NCBI GenBank assembly: GCA_039934295.1
Contig: JBDTMN010000001.1
Coordinates: forward strand, 38,091-102,090
Direction: 5' to 3'
DNA length: 64,000 nt
From: Candidatus Tayloriibacteriota bacterium
GTDB lineage: Bacteria; Patescibacteriota; Minisyncoccia; Phycocordibacterales; HO2-43-120
Positions 46,609-55,302 of this stretch are shown in pieces. The position numbers and the translations under genes were made by a program. Numbering within the stretch: position 1 is the stretch's first letter; each line of letters opens with the position of its first letter. The notes under the pieces are model-generated. The model was not told the origin of the DNA, made no database searches, and worked only from the letters and a program-made list of their open reading frames with translations.

Positions 46609-49413
46609 ATGAGCATATCAATCACAAAGCGGGACGGAACTCGCGTGTCTTTCAACGCCGACAAGATTAACCGATCTATCGAAAGGGCCTGTGCGGGGCT
46701 CTCGAATCCTGTCGGGATGGTAACCCAAATCGCCACAGAAACCCGTCTTACGCTCTATGATGGCATCAGCACCGACGAGATGGACCAGGCCACTATCAAT
46801 GCCGCAGTCCAGAACATCAAAGAAGATATTGAATACGACCGCGTGGCAACCCGCCTCCTTTTAAAAACCGTGTACCGAAAAGTAGTCGGCGACTACGACA
46901 AAGACGATTCGCTCGATTTGGAGAAAAAGCACCGCGAAAGTTTTATCGAGTATGTAAAAAACGGAGTGAAGGAAAATCGCCTTCATCCCGATATGGTAGC
47001 AAAGTATAATTTGGAGGAACTTGCCCGAGCTCTCGAGCTTGAACGCGACGAACTTTTTACCTACGCAGGGCTCGATGGTCTTTTGAACCGCTACTCGATC
47101 AAAGATGTAAAACAAAATACCATCGAAGCTCCGCAGTACCTTTTTATGCGCATCGCAATGGGGCTTTCCTACAACGAAAAAAATCCCACCGAATGGGCGA
47201 AGCGATTCTATAATAAAATGTCGAAGCTCGAATATATCGCGGGCGGTTCGACCAACGTTTGCGCCGGCACTATCCGCTCCGCGCTCTCAAATTGTTTTCT
47301 TTTGGAAATTCACGACAACATGGAGCACATCGCCAAATCTGTCTCCGATGTCATGCTCCTTTCCAAAGGTTCCGGAGGCATCGGAGCGTCGCTCACCAAG
47401 CTTCGAGCGACCGGTTCGCCTTTGAAATCAAATTTTGGCGGAGTCTCGACGGGGCCAACCCCTTTTGCAAAGGTCATCGACACCGCCATTCGGGCAATCC
47501 AGCGTGGAGGCAAGAAAAAAGGCGCTCTTTGTTTCTATATGGAGAACTGGCACTTTGATTTCCCTGAATTTATCGATTGGAAGCACAACGCAGGTGACGA
47601 TTACATGCGAATGAGGACTGCGAACACAGCAGTTTTTCTCTCCGACGAATTTATGAAGCGGGTGCGCGATGGGCACGAGTGGTACATGTTCGATCCGGCG
47701 GAGACTGCGGACCTAAACGAGCTTTACGGGAAAGCTTTCAGTCTTCGCTATCAAGAATATTGTGAAATGGCGGACGCGGGAATGCTTCGGACATATAAAA
47801 AAGTGCCAGCGGCAGAGCAATTTCGACAAATTCTAGTTGCCCTTCAGTCTACCTCTCATCCATGGCTCACCTGGAAAGACCCGATTAATGTGCGCGCTTT
47901 GAACAACAACACCGGTACTATCCACATGTCGAATCTCTGCACTGAAATCTGTTTGCCTCAAGACAAGGATAATGTGGCCGTCTGCAACCTCGCATCTTTG
48001 AACCTCTCCGCGCACGTGAATAACAAGGAAGTCAACTGGGGCAAACTTGAAGAATCAGTCCGGCTCGCGGTGCGCCAGCTCGATAACCTAATTGACATCA
48101 ACAAGCTCCCGATTCCCGAGGCGGAAAAGTCGGACAAAGAAAATAGGGCAATTGGTCTCGGAGTCATGGGATTTTCGGACGCCATCGAAAAGCTCGGCCT
48201 CTCGTACGATTCGGAGTATGCGTGGGATTTTGCAGACAGGATTTTTGAATTTATAAGCTACATGGCGATTGATGAAAGCGCGAGCTTGGCAAAAGAGCGG
48301 GGGAGCTATAAACATTTTGCGGGCTCTGGCTGGTCGCAAGGCTTAGTTCCGATTGACACGCTTTCACGACTTGAAGCGGATCGGGGAATAACTCTCTCTA
48401 TTTCGAAAGGGAGCAAGCACAAAGGATTGAACTGGGATATTCTCCGTGGAAAAGTATTGCAGGGAATGCGGAACGCGACTTTAATGGCTGTTGCTCCGAA
48501 CGCGAACATCGGACTCGTGGCGGGCACTACTCCGGGCATTGACCCTCGTTTCGCGCAGGTGTTCTCGCGCAATAAAATTTCGGGAAAATACATGGACATC
48601 AATCACAACCTAGTGAAGGACCTCAAAAACATGGGTATCTGGGAGAAGGTCAAAGACACCATCATCGAGAACCAGGGGGACATTTCAGAAATTGACGAAA
48701 TTCCGGAGCATATCAAAAATATTTACAAAACTTCATTTACCACTTCGCCTCATTCTTTTATCGAAGTTGCTTCGCGAGCCCAGAAGTGGGTGGACCAGGC
48801 TTTGTCTCGGAATATGTATCTTGCCACAAGGGATATTGAGGAAACAATGAAAATATACACGGCGGCCTGGGAGAAGGGGCTCAAGACCACCTACTACCTC
48901 CACATGAAGCCTCGCCACACTGCCGAGCAGTCGACAATCAAAGTCAATAAGACCGAAAAATTGGGCAAGAAGGGCTTTGCCGCAGTGAGGTCTCTTATTT
49001 CCATTTCTACAAAACCGGAAATCGCCCCTTTCGCGCAGCCGCTTCAGAAATCTCTACCGGTGGATTTGCCTTCTCCCGTAGTGCAATCTTCGGAGACGAA
49101 AGCGGAGTCAAAAAAAGATTCCGTTTCTAACCCTCCTCCCGCAAGCGCTCCAATCAAATCTTTTGAAATAAAGGCCACGTCCAAGGGTTTCGCGTCGCTT
49201 TCTTCTCTCGTGGTAGAGACTGTCTCGAGAGAAAGAAGTGCGGGTGACGAAAATGAGGAAAGTGTCGGGTCTTCCCCGGGGCAACATTCAAACGCATCTA
49301 CTCCTGCAGTTTCGAATCTTCCAGCTGAAAATTCTTCTCAAAATTCGGGAGAGATGCCAAAAGTTTGCCCAGTCGACCCGTCTGAACTTGCGCAATGTGA
49401 GGGATGTCAGTAG
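46609..49413 (+). CDS. nrdA: ribonucleoside-diphosphate reductase class I alpha subunit
   Basis: ATP cone (ITKRDG), SNCF, SNLCTEI, LKTTYY; long Ser/Pro-rich linker; C-terminal CPVDPSELAQCEGCQ. Confidence 0.95.
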   Translation: MSISITKRDGTRVSFNADKINRSIERACAGLSNPVGMVTQIATETRLTLYDGISTDEMDQATINAAVQNIKEDIEYDRVATRLLLKTVYRKVVGDYDKDDSLDLEKKHRESFIEYVKNGVKENRLHPDMVAKYNLEELARALELERDELFTYAGLDGLLNRYSIKDVKQNTIEAPQYLFMRIAMGLSYNEKNPTEWAKRFYNKMSKLEYIAGGSTNVCAGTIRSALSNCFLLEIHDNMEHIAKSVSDVMLLSKGSGGIGASLTKLRATGSPLKSNFGGVSTGPTPFAKVIDTAIRAIQRGGKKKGALCFYMENWHFDFPEFIDWKHNAGDDYMRMRTANTAVFLSDEFMKRVRDGHEWYMFDPAETADLNELYGKAFSLRYQEYCEMADAGMLRTYKKVPAAEQFRQILVALQSTSHPWLTWKDPINVRALNNNTGTIHMSNLCTEICLPQDKDNVAVCNLASLNLSAHVNNKEVNWGKLEESVRLAVRQLDNLIDINKLPIPEAEKSDKENRAIGLGVMGFSDAIEKLGLSYDSEYAWDFADRIFEFISYMAIDESASLAKERGSYKHFAGSGWSQGLVPIDTLSRLEADRGITLSISKGSKHKGLNWDILRGKVLQGMRNATLMAVAPNANIGLVAGTTPGIDPRFAQVFSRNKISGKYMDINHNLVKDLKNMGIWEKVKDTIIENQGDISEIDEIPEHIKNIYKTSFTTSPHSFIEVASRAQKWVDQALSRNMYLATRDIEETMKIYTAAWEKGLKTTYYLHMKPRHTAEQSTIKVNKTEKLGKKGFAAVRSLISISTKPEIAPFAQPLQKSLPVDLPSPVVQSSETKAESKKDSVSNPPPASAPIKSFEIKATSKGFASLSSLVVETVSRERSAGDENEESVGSSPGQHSNASTPAVSNLPAENSSQNSGEMPKVCPVDPSELAQCEGCQ

Positions 49414-49461
49414 AATTCAATTATTGTATTTAATAGAAGGAATTAACTAATTCATAAAAAT

Positions 49462-49569
49462 ATGGACCAAACACATCAAGAGGAAACAGCCCCTGTTTCA
49501 AAAAGGGAAAAACCCTTTGTCTGCCCAGTTGACCCTGCAGAGCTCGCACAGTGCGATTCCTGTCAGTAA
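49462..49569 (+). CDS. 35-aa mini-protein copying the NrdA C-terminal Cys tail (MDQTHQEETAPVSKREKPFVCPVDPAELAQCDSCQ)
   Basis: Below the ORF-track length cutoff; ATG 49462 to TAA 49569; 13 of the last 16 aa identical to the NrdA tail, with mostly synonymous codon differences. Confidence 0.8.
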   Translation: MDQTHQEETAPVSKREKPFVCPVDPAELAQCDSCQ

Positions 49570-49692
49570 TTAACTAAATTTTGGCCGATTTCTTCGTTGC
49601 AAACGAATTTTTCTCCCGCGCAGTAGGTTAACTACAGCTTAGTCAAAAAATTCATTTGCGCCTCGAACTCGTCTCAAAATGTATTTAATTAC
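49566..49692. repeat. long imperfect intergenic hairpin element
   Basis: gtaattaa...ttaattac ends; inner gcaaacgaattttt/aaaaattcatttgc. Confidence 0.5.
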
Positions 49693-49704
49693 GAATCGAA
49701 CTTT

Positions 49705-50082
49705 ATGAAAAAAACTCCCCAAAAAAAATCTGAAAATATTGCAGGTCTTCTGAAATTGCATCACGAAGATATGAAGAGGTATGTCGGAGCACAGAGTGAA
49801 ATTTTTCAAGAAAAACTTGACGGAGTCGTCGAATTAACAATGTCGACACGCGAAACGGTCATTAAACTTTCTGACGATGTCGGAACACTTACTGGAAAGG
49901 TTGGAGTACTTACTGGAAGAGTAGATAAACTTTCTGACGATGTCGGAACACTTTCTGGAAAAGTTGATAGACTTTCTCTCGACATGACCGAAGTAAAAAT
50001 GCTCCTGGTAAACAAGGCCGACAAAAAAGATCTCCGCGCCCTCGACGTGCGTGTCGGCGTTTTAGAAAAAGCAAAAAAGTAA
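49705..50082 (+). CDS. heptad-repeat coiled-coil protein, paralog of 12674..13192
   Basis: KRYVGAQSEIF N-terminal motif; LSDDVGTL repeats with 63-bp DNA period; KADKKD..L..RV.VLE C-terminus. Confidence 0.75.
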   Translation: MKKTPQKKSENIAGLLKLHHEDMKRYVGAQSEIFQEKLDGVVELTMSTRETVIKLSDDVGTLTGKVGVLTGRVDKLSDDVGTLSGKVDRLSLDMTEVKMLLVNKADKKDLRALDVRVGVLEKAKK

Positions 50083-50158
50083 AATTATTTTTTATGCTCC
50101 CGTATTTTATAATCTTAAACTTATCAACCTAAAAACTTATTAAATAACACCTACTCCC

Positions 50159-51196
50159 GTGCCCTTAATCGGAAAAGCATCGCCAGAAGATACAAACCTG
50201 CATCCCTTGAAATACAAGTGGGCTTATGACCTGTATAATCAGGCTGTCCGAAACACATGGTTTCCGCACGAAATCGCTCTCAAGGAGGATTTGGAAGATT
50301 GGGAAAAGATGACTGAGGACGAGAGGCATGCGGTGAAATTCCTGATGGCGTTCTTCAACCCCACCGAGCTCATCGTCAATCGCTCGCTCGCTTTGGGCGT
50401 TTACCAGTATTTGAAATCTCCGGAGTGTCATCTTTATCTTGCCAAGCAAATGTGGGAAGAGGCGAACCACTGCGTCGCGTTTGAGTATGTGATTGAAACA
50501 TTTCCATTTGACAGGGAAAAAGTGTTCGGTATTCACCTAAACGTTCCATCAATGCGGGCAAAGGAGGATTTCGTAAATAAATATTTGAAGCGCATGACCG
50601 AGGACACTCTCGATATTGAAACGGTGGAGGGCAAGAAAGATTTTATTCGAAACTTGGTCGCGACAAACATTGTTATGGAAGGCACGTGGTTTTATTCGGG
50701 TTTTATGGTCGCGCTTTCATTTCGACAGCGCAACCAGCTTCGCAATTTCGGTTCGATGATTACCTGGGTGCTTCGGGATGAGAGTCTGCATTTGCAATTC
50801 GGAATCAACTTGGTACACGCGGTCCTGGAAGAAAACTCCGAGCTTCTGACCGAAGATTTTGCGAACGAAATCAGAAAAATCGTGATAGAAGGGGTGAATC
50901 TCGAAGTTGCGTACAACAAAGACCTCTTTCCGAACGGAATTTTGGGATTAAACGCCGACTATGTGAACCAGTATGTTCAGTATGTTGCCGACCGTAGGCT
51001 CGAAGAGCTCGGACTCGAGAAGGCTTACAACGTCACGAATCCCGCCAAGTGGATGTCCACGGCCACCGACGTTTTTGAACTCGTCAACTTTTTTGAATCT
51101 CAAAACACGAGCTACGAGGTGGACTCCCACGCGCATACCACAACTCCAAAAAAGGACGGAGATGCGGGAGCGGAACAGGGGACACTCATTAAGTAG
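50159..51196 (+). CDS. nrdB: ribonucleotide reductase beta subunit, class Ic (R2c)-type
   Basis: WFPHEI, FFNPTE (Glu ligand), EEANHCVAF (Phe at the radical Tyr site), EGTWFYSGF, DESLH, NFFE...SY. Confidence 0.92.
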   Translation: MPLIGKASPEDTNLHPLKYKWAYDLYNQAVRNTWFPHEIALKEDLEDWEKMTEDERHAVKFLMAFFNPTELIVNRSLALGVYQYLKSPECHLYLAKQMWEEANHCVAFEYVIETFPFDREKVFGIHLNVPSMRAKEDFVNKYLKRMTEDTLDIETVEGKKDFIRNLVATNIVMEGTWFYSGFMVALSFRQRNQLRNFGSMITWVLRDESLHLQFGINLVHAVLEENSELLTEDFANEIRKIVIEGVNLEVAYNKDLFPNGILGLNADYVNQYVQYVADRRLEELGLEKAYNVTNPAKWMSTATDVFELVNFFESQNTSYEVDSHAHTTTPKKDGDAGAEQGTLIK

Positions 51197-51218
51197 TCTC
51201 ATTGCATCCGGTCTCTGT

Positions 51219-51246
51219 TGTCATTCCCGCGAAAGCGGGAATCTAG
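51219..51246. repeat. REP-like GTCATTCCCGCGAAAGCGGGAATC palindrome
   Basis: Relatives at 63028..63055, 63068..63086 and 63180..63196. Confidence 0.7.
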
Positions 51247-51269
51247 ATTTTAGTGCACACGTAAGTCCT

Positions 51270-51881
51270 ATGAAAAAAGTATTTCTCGCGACTAACAACG
51301 AAGGTAAAATTCAACGATTCAGAAGGCTTTTGAAAAGTCCGGGCTTTCAAGTTGAGTTGTTTACACCAAAAGATGTTGGTCTCTCGGAGATTAAAGTCGA
51401 GGAAAAGGGAAAAACGCTAGAAGAAAACGCCGAGCTTAAAGTTCGCGCGTATTTTGGCAAAGTAGATATGTCGATTCTTGCAAATGACACAGGTTTTTAT
51501 GTGGAAGGGAAGGGTTTTATTGACGCTCCAAAAAGACACGCACTGAAAGGAAAAGAAGAAAACAAAATGTCAAAAGAGGAGATTTCAAAGGAAATGTTAG
51601 AATTTTGGAAGGGTATAGTGACAAAGTATGGGGGCAAAGTTGATGCAGCATGGGTAGAAGCATTTGTTGTCATCCACCCAAATGGAAAAGTAAAGAAAGC
51701 TACCTCACGAAGAGAAATAATCTTGACCGACCAGGAATTCGGGAAGCCTCATATTCAAATGCCTTTACGCGCGCTTTATATCTCAAAGACGACGGGGAAG
51801 CCAGCTATTCAGCATTCTCCCGAAGAAGAGCTTATAGAAATGCAGCCAGTTATCGATGCTCTCACGAAGGTTTTGTCGTAA
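51270..51881 (+). CDS. non-canonical purine NTP pyrophosphatase (HAM1/ITPase-like, divergent)
   Basis: FLATNNEGK, EEKGKTLEENAELK, ANDTGFYV; the SHR motif is not recognisable. Confidence 0.8.
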   Translation: MKKVFLATNNEGKIQRFRRLLKSPGFQVELFTPKDVGLSEIKVEEKGKTLEENAELKVRAYFGKVDMSILANDTGFYVEGKGFIDAPKRHALKGKEENKMSKEEISKEMLEFWKGIVTKYGGKVDAAWVEAFVVIHPNGKVKKATSRREIILTDQEFGKPHIQMPLRALYISKTTGKPAIQHSPEEELIEMQPVIDALTKVLS

Positions 51882-51976
51882 ATTGTTTTTCTACCTATTC
51901 TCTTATTTCTCACGAATAGAGGATATAGAATAAGAGAATAAAAAAAGACCATTCCCTCGGAGAATGGTCCTACGAT

Positions 51977-52732
51977 TTACCCGAGCTTGGGGTATTTGTT
52001 CCTGATGTGAAATCTTGCCTTGCCGGTGGCAATCTCGATTTGCTTCACCGCGATTGCCACCCTGTTATCCTCGTTCAACGCCCCCCAGAATCGATCGAGA
52101 ATCGTTCCCTGATTGCCTGAAAGCGACATCAAAATAGGCTCGCCTTCGAATGCGGGGAGAGGATTTCCGTCTCCCGCGTAGGTGGTGATGCAGTAGCCAA
52201 AGCCGTCAGGAATATTGTCGTACTCGAAGAAAAAACGTTCACAAGAGCTGTCCGCTATGGATTTTCTTAAAATCGACAACTCGAATCGCGGATTCATTTT
52301 GAGTGAGCAAACTCCCGTGATGCGCGGTGTGTCATTTGGCGGATCCGCTTCGTATTGCCAGTTTCGCAGAATTTTCGATAATGGATTTTCGCAATTAATC
52401 CCATTCATCACCGCGTCAGTCTGATGTCCATTGCTCACGACGAAGTTCACGCCGTCATCACGCATAGCGCTGTAGATGATGTTCGTAGTGTCCTTGCCCG
52501 CCATCTTTTTAAGGTCCGCGGGGGCTGTAAACAGGTGACCTCGTTCTCCATCGGCGCAAAAAATGCGATTTCTGCTTTCCTCACTTCGTCCCGACATCCA
52601 GTATATCTCTTCCAGATAGTTCCCAGTGTCGTCAGGGCCGATTATGAGTCCCCGGCCGGGATAGCTATTTGCTCTCAACGAATTCAGGTTTCGCTCTGCC
52701 CGCAATGTCAACGATGTCAGTATGTCGTTCAT
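51977..52732 (-). CDS. IMP cyclohydrolase-like protein (archaeal PurO-like family)
   Basis: YPGRG, Y...GRS..SRNR, IIY, VVSNGHQTD, YEADPPNDTPRI, ITTY; alternative start 52786. Confidence 0.8.
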   Translation of the reverse strand: MNDILTSLTLRAERNLNSLRANSYPGRGLIIGPDDTGNYLEEIYWMSGRSEESRNRIFCADGERGHLFTAPADLKKMAGKDTTNIIYSAMRDDGVNFVVSNGHQTDAVMNGINCENPLSKILRNWQYEADPPNDTPRITGVCSLKMNPRFELSILRKSIADSSCERFFFEYDNIPDGFGYCITTYAGDGNPLPAFEGEPILMSLSGNQGTILDRFWGALNEDNRVAIAVKQIEIATGKARFHIRNKYPKLG

Positions 52733-52848
52733 ATTTTGTTTTTCTCTTGGGTTGGTTTGACTCCCAAAGTTGCTTTCTTCAGGCATTCTATGAAGATTCG
52801 AAATGCAAGTCAATAAATAATCAACTACCCATGCCAAAGTGAGCGAGG

Positions 52849-52878
52849 TTGACAATTATTATAAGAAGTGGTATTATG
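52849..52878 (+). promoter_or_regulatory. sigma70-type promoter for the NYN gene
   Basis: TTGACA ... TGGTATTAT. Confidence 0.6.
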
Positions 52879-52920
52879 GTTCCTGGTCTTACAACGGTGA
52901 TCATTTCGAAGTTTGAATTT

Positions 52921-53466
52921 ATGAAAAAAATAGACGTGTTCGTTGACTTGGAAGGCGTGGGGAGGATCGAAGGCTATAGAGACTTTCCTTCAAAGATCAA
53001 ATTCATTGCGAATGGGCTTACTGATGCGTTGTGCGACTGTGGGTTTACCATTTCATCAACGCAATTCTTTGCCTGTTACAAAAGGCCACGTGAGGTAATT
53101 CCCCCTGGATTCCAGACTAAAGTATGCGAAGTGGCCGCTGCCTTTAGATGTAGCATGCATTGGAGCAATTGTATTGCAGACACGGCGCTTATTGCGCGCA
53201 TCGAGTACTTACTCGTGAGCAATGCTTTGTCAGAGGCAGTCATGATTATCGCCAGTGACCATGATTTCATCGCTATCATAGACAAGCTGAGGGCAAACGG
53301 CCGATACGTTTTGGTCTCCGGGACCAATATGAATAAGAGACTTCAAAATCATGCTCACAAAGTTGTGCCGTTGAATGAGCTGTTGGATGTTACGAAGAAT
53401 GGTGAAACCGGCAAATATGACGCCCATTTTTCGAGTCCTTTGTGGAATCCGATACCGCTACCTTAG
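52921..53466 (+). CDS. NYN (LabA/DUF88, PIN-like) domain protein
   Basis: VFVD, ADTAL, IIASDHDF..L...G..V motifs. Confidence 0.75.
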   Translation: MKKIDVFVDLEGVGRIEGYRDFPSKIKFIANGLTDALCDCGFTISSTQFFACYKRPREVIPPGFQTKVCEVAAAFRCSMHWSNCIADTALIARIEYLLVSNALSEAVMIIASDHDFIAIIDKLRANGRYVLVSGTNMNKRLQNHAHKVVPLNELLDVTKNGETGKYDAHFSSPLWNPIPLP

Positions 53467-53476
53467 TTCATTTTTG

Positions 53477-53510
53477 ATGTCCTGCGCATGCCCATGCGCA
53501 GGACATTTTC
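53477..53510 (+). terminator. Rho-independent terminator
   Basis: ATGTCCTGCGCATG-CC-CATGCGCAGGACAT followed by TTT. Confidence 0.75.
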
Positions 53511-53533
53511 ATTTGAAGAATGCATACAGGATA

Positions 53534-53561
53534 TTGCCATATTGCTAGCATGTGGTATAAT
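53534..53561 (+). promoter_or_regulatory. rnpB promoter
   Basis: TTGCCA ... TGTGGTATAAT just upstream of P1. Confidence 0.65.
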
Positions 53562-53567
53562 TATAAT

Positions 53568-54041
53568 GCTTTATATCAGATAGTTGCGTCCGCCTCAGGC
53601 GGATGAGGAAAGTCCGAACACAGACTCTTCGTAAGAAGGGTAAAAGGGTAGCGGGTAACGCCCGTCTAGGGTAACCTACGAGGTGCGAACAGAGACGCCG
53701 AATGCCGAAAGGCATGAGGCGCCCAGCATTTTCAAAAAGTGCTGGGCGAGTTCTTATAGCAATATAAGAGTTGCAACGGCTAAATCCTTACTTCTGTGCA
53801 AGGCCGTGCCGAGCATCAGAAATGGTGCTCGGAGTGCCGCTAGAGGTGAGTGGCAACACTCATCGGAGATAAATAACTATCGCCAATTTTGTTCACCATA
53901 GGTGGATACAAAATTGAGTCACGCCAGAGCTTAGCGTAGGCGGTCGATACCCGCCTTCGTCAGGGACTTCGGCGAGGTACTCGATTTTGCAACACCTACG
54001 GTGAGCAAAATCGGTACAGAATTCGGCTTATAGATATAAAG
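53568..54041 (+). ncRNA. rnpB: RNase P RNA
   Basis: GAGGAAAGTCCGAAC ... ACAGAATTCGGCTTA (P4 with compensatory change), GGGTAACGCCC, GCAAGGCC, CGCTAGAG, AGATAAAT; P1 CTTTATATC/GATATAAAG. Confidence 0.92.
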
Positions 54042-54125
54042 TACATGACACAATCCGCCCTAAAGGCGGATTTGTCTTGTCGCTTTTGTTTGGTAAATTT
54101 CTTAAATGGACTATACTATTTTAAT

Positions 54126-55208
54126 ATGAAAAAGAAGATTAAAGTTGGAATATTGTTTGGAGGAAAATCCGCCGAGCATGAAGTATCGGTGCGCTCGGCA
54201 AGGAATGTGCTTGAGGCAATGGACAAGAGCAAGTACGAGCCGGTTTTGATTGGGATTGATAAGAAGGGCAGGTGGCATATGAGTGCAGATTCGAAAGCAT
54301 TGCTTCACCGAAAAAGTCTGGAGTCCGGCGAGGTGAGTAACTCGGACAGCGTCGCTCTTGTTAATGAAGGCTCTGGGAAATTGACGGGTTACACAAACCT
54401 GCAAAATGAAATATCTGTGGACGTTGTTTTCCCCATTCTTCATGGGCCGTTTGGAGAGGACGGCACAGTGCAGGGACTTTTAAAGCTCGCGAATGTTCCG
54501 TTTGTAGGCGCGGGGGTGCTCGGCTCTGCAGTGGGAATGGATAAAGATGTTATGAAAAGATTACTTCGAGATGCTGGGATTCCGATTGGGAAGTTCCTTA
54601 CATTTAAAACGGGAGACAAAATTGATTTCAAAAAAGTTAAATATGAGCTCGGACTACCGATGTTTGTGAAGCCAGCAAACATGGGCTCTTCGGTCGGAGT
54701 TTCAAAAGTGAGAAACGAAAATGAATTTAAGAAAGCAATAAAAACCGCTTTTGATTTTGATTTGAAAATTTTGATAGAGCAGAATATCGAGGGCAGGGAA
54801 ATTGAATGCGCGGTTTTGGGAAATGAAAAACCGATTGCGTCGGTGCCTGGAGAAGTTGTACTTACAGATGATTTCTATTCTTACGAAGCGAAATATATTG
54901 ACGAGAATGGGGCAGTAATTGAAATTCCCGCAAAGCTGGACAAGGTAACCGCAAAAAGAATTCAGACAATTGCTATTAAAACCTTCAAAGCTCTTTCCTG
55001 CGAGGGTCTGGGACGAGTGGATTGTTTTATAAAGAACGGAGATATTTTGGTAAACGAAATCAACACCATTCCCGGCTTCACGAGCATCAGCATGTACCCG
55101 AAGCTCTTCGAAGTGTCTGGAATTTCCTATAGCAACCTCATTGATCGCCTCATTACTCTTGCCATCGAACGATTCAAAAAAGAGCAAAAACTTAAGACTT
55201 CATATTAG
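54126..55208 (+). CDS. ddl: D-alanine--D-alanine ligase
   Basis: FGGKSAEHEVS, LHGPFGEDG, GSSVG, YSYEAKY, NEINTIPG. Confidence 0.96.
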   Translation: MKKKIKVGILFGGKSAEHEVSVRSARNVLEAMDKSKYEPVLIGIDKKGRWHMSADSKALLHRKSLESGEVSNSDSVALVNEGSGKLTGYTNLQNEISVDVVFPILHGPFGEDGTVQGLLKLANVPFVGAGVLGSAVGMDKDVMKRLLRDAGIPIGKFLTFKTGDKIDFKKVKYELGLPMFVKPANMGSSVGVSKVRNENEFKKAIKTAFDFDLKILIEQNIEGREIECAVLGNEKPIASVPGEVVLTDDFYSYEAKYIDENGAVIEIPAKLDKVTAKRIQTIAIKTFKALSCEGLGRVDCFIKNGDILVNEINTIPGFTSISMYPKLFEVSGISYSNLIDRLITLAIERFKKEQKLKTSY

Positions 55209-55302
55209 TTGTTTCATCTATTCTCCTATTCTCACGAATAAGAGAATAGTTCTCATGTTCATTATTTTTAAGCTACAGCTTAAAAATAATGAACAAATAT
55301 GT

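Noticed and set aside
50973-51269. N-terminal extension of the HAM1-like ORF overlapping nrdB
   Set aside because: It overlaps nrdB in another frame and crosses a REP palindrome; the family motif starts at ATG 51270.
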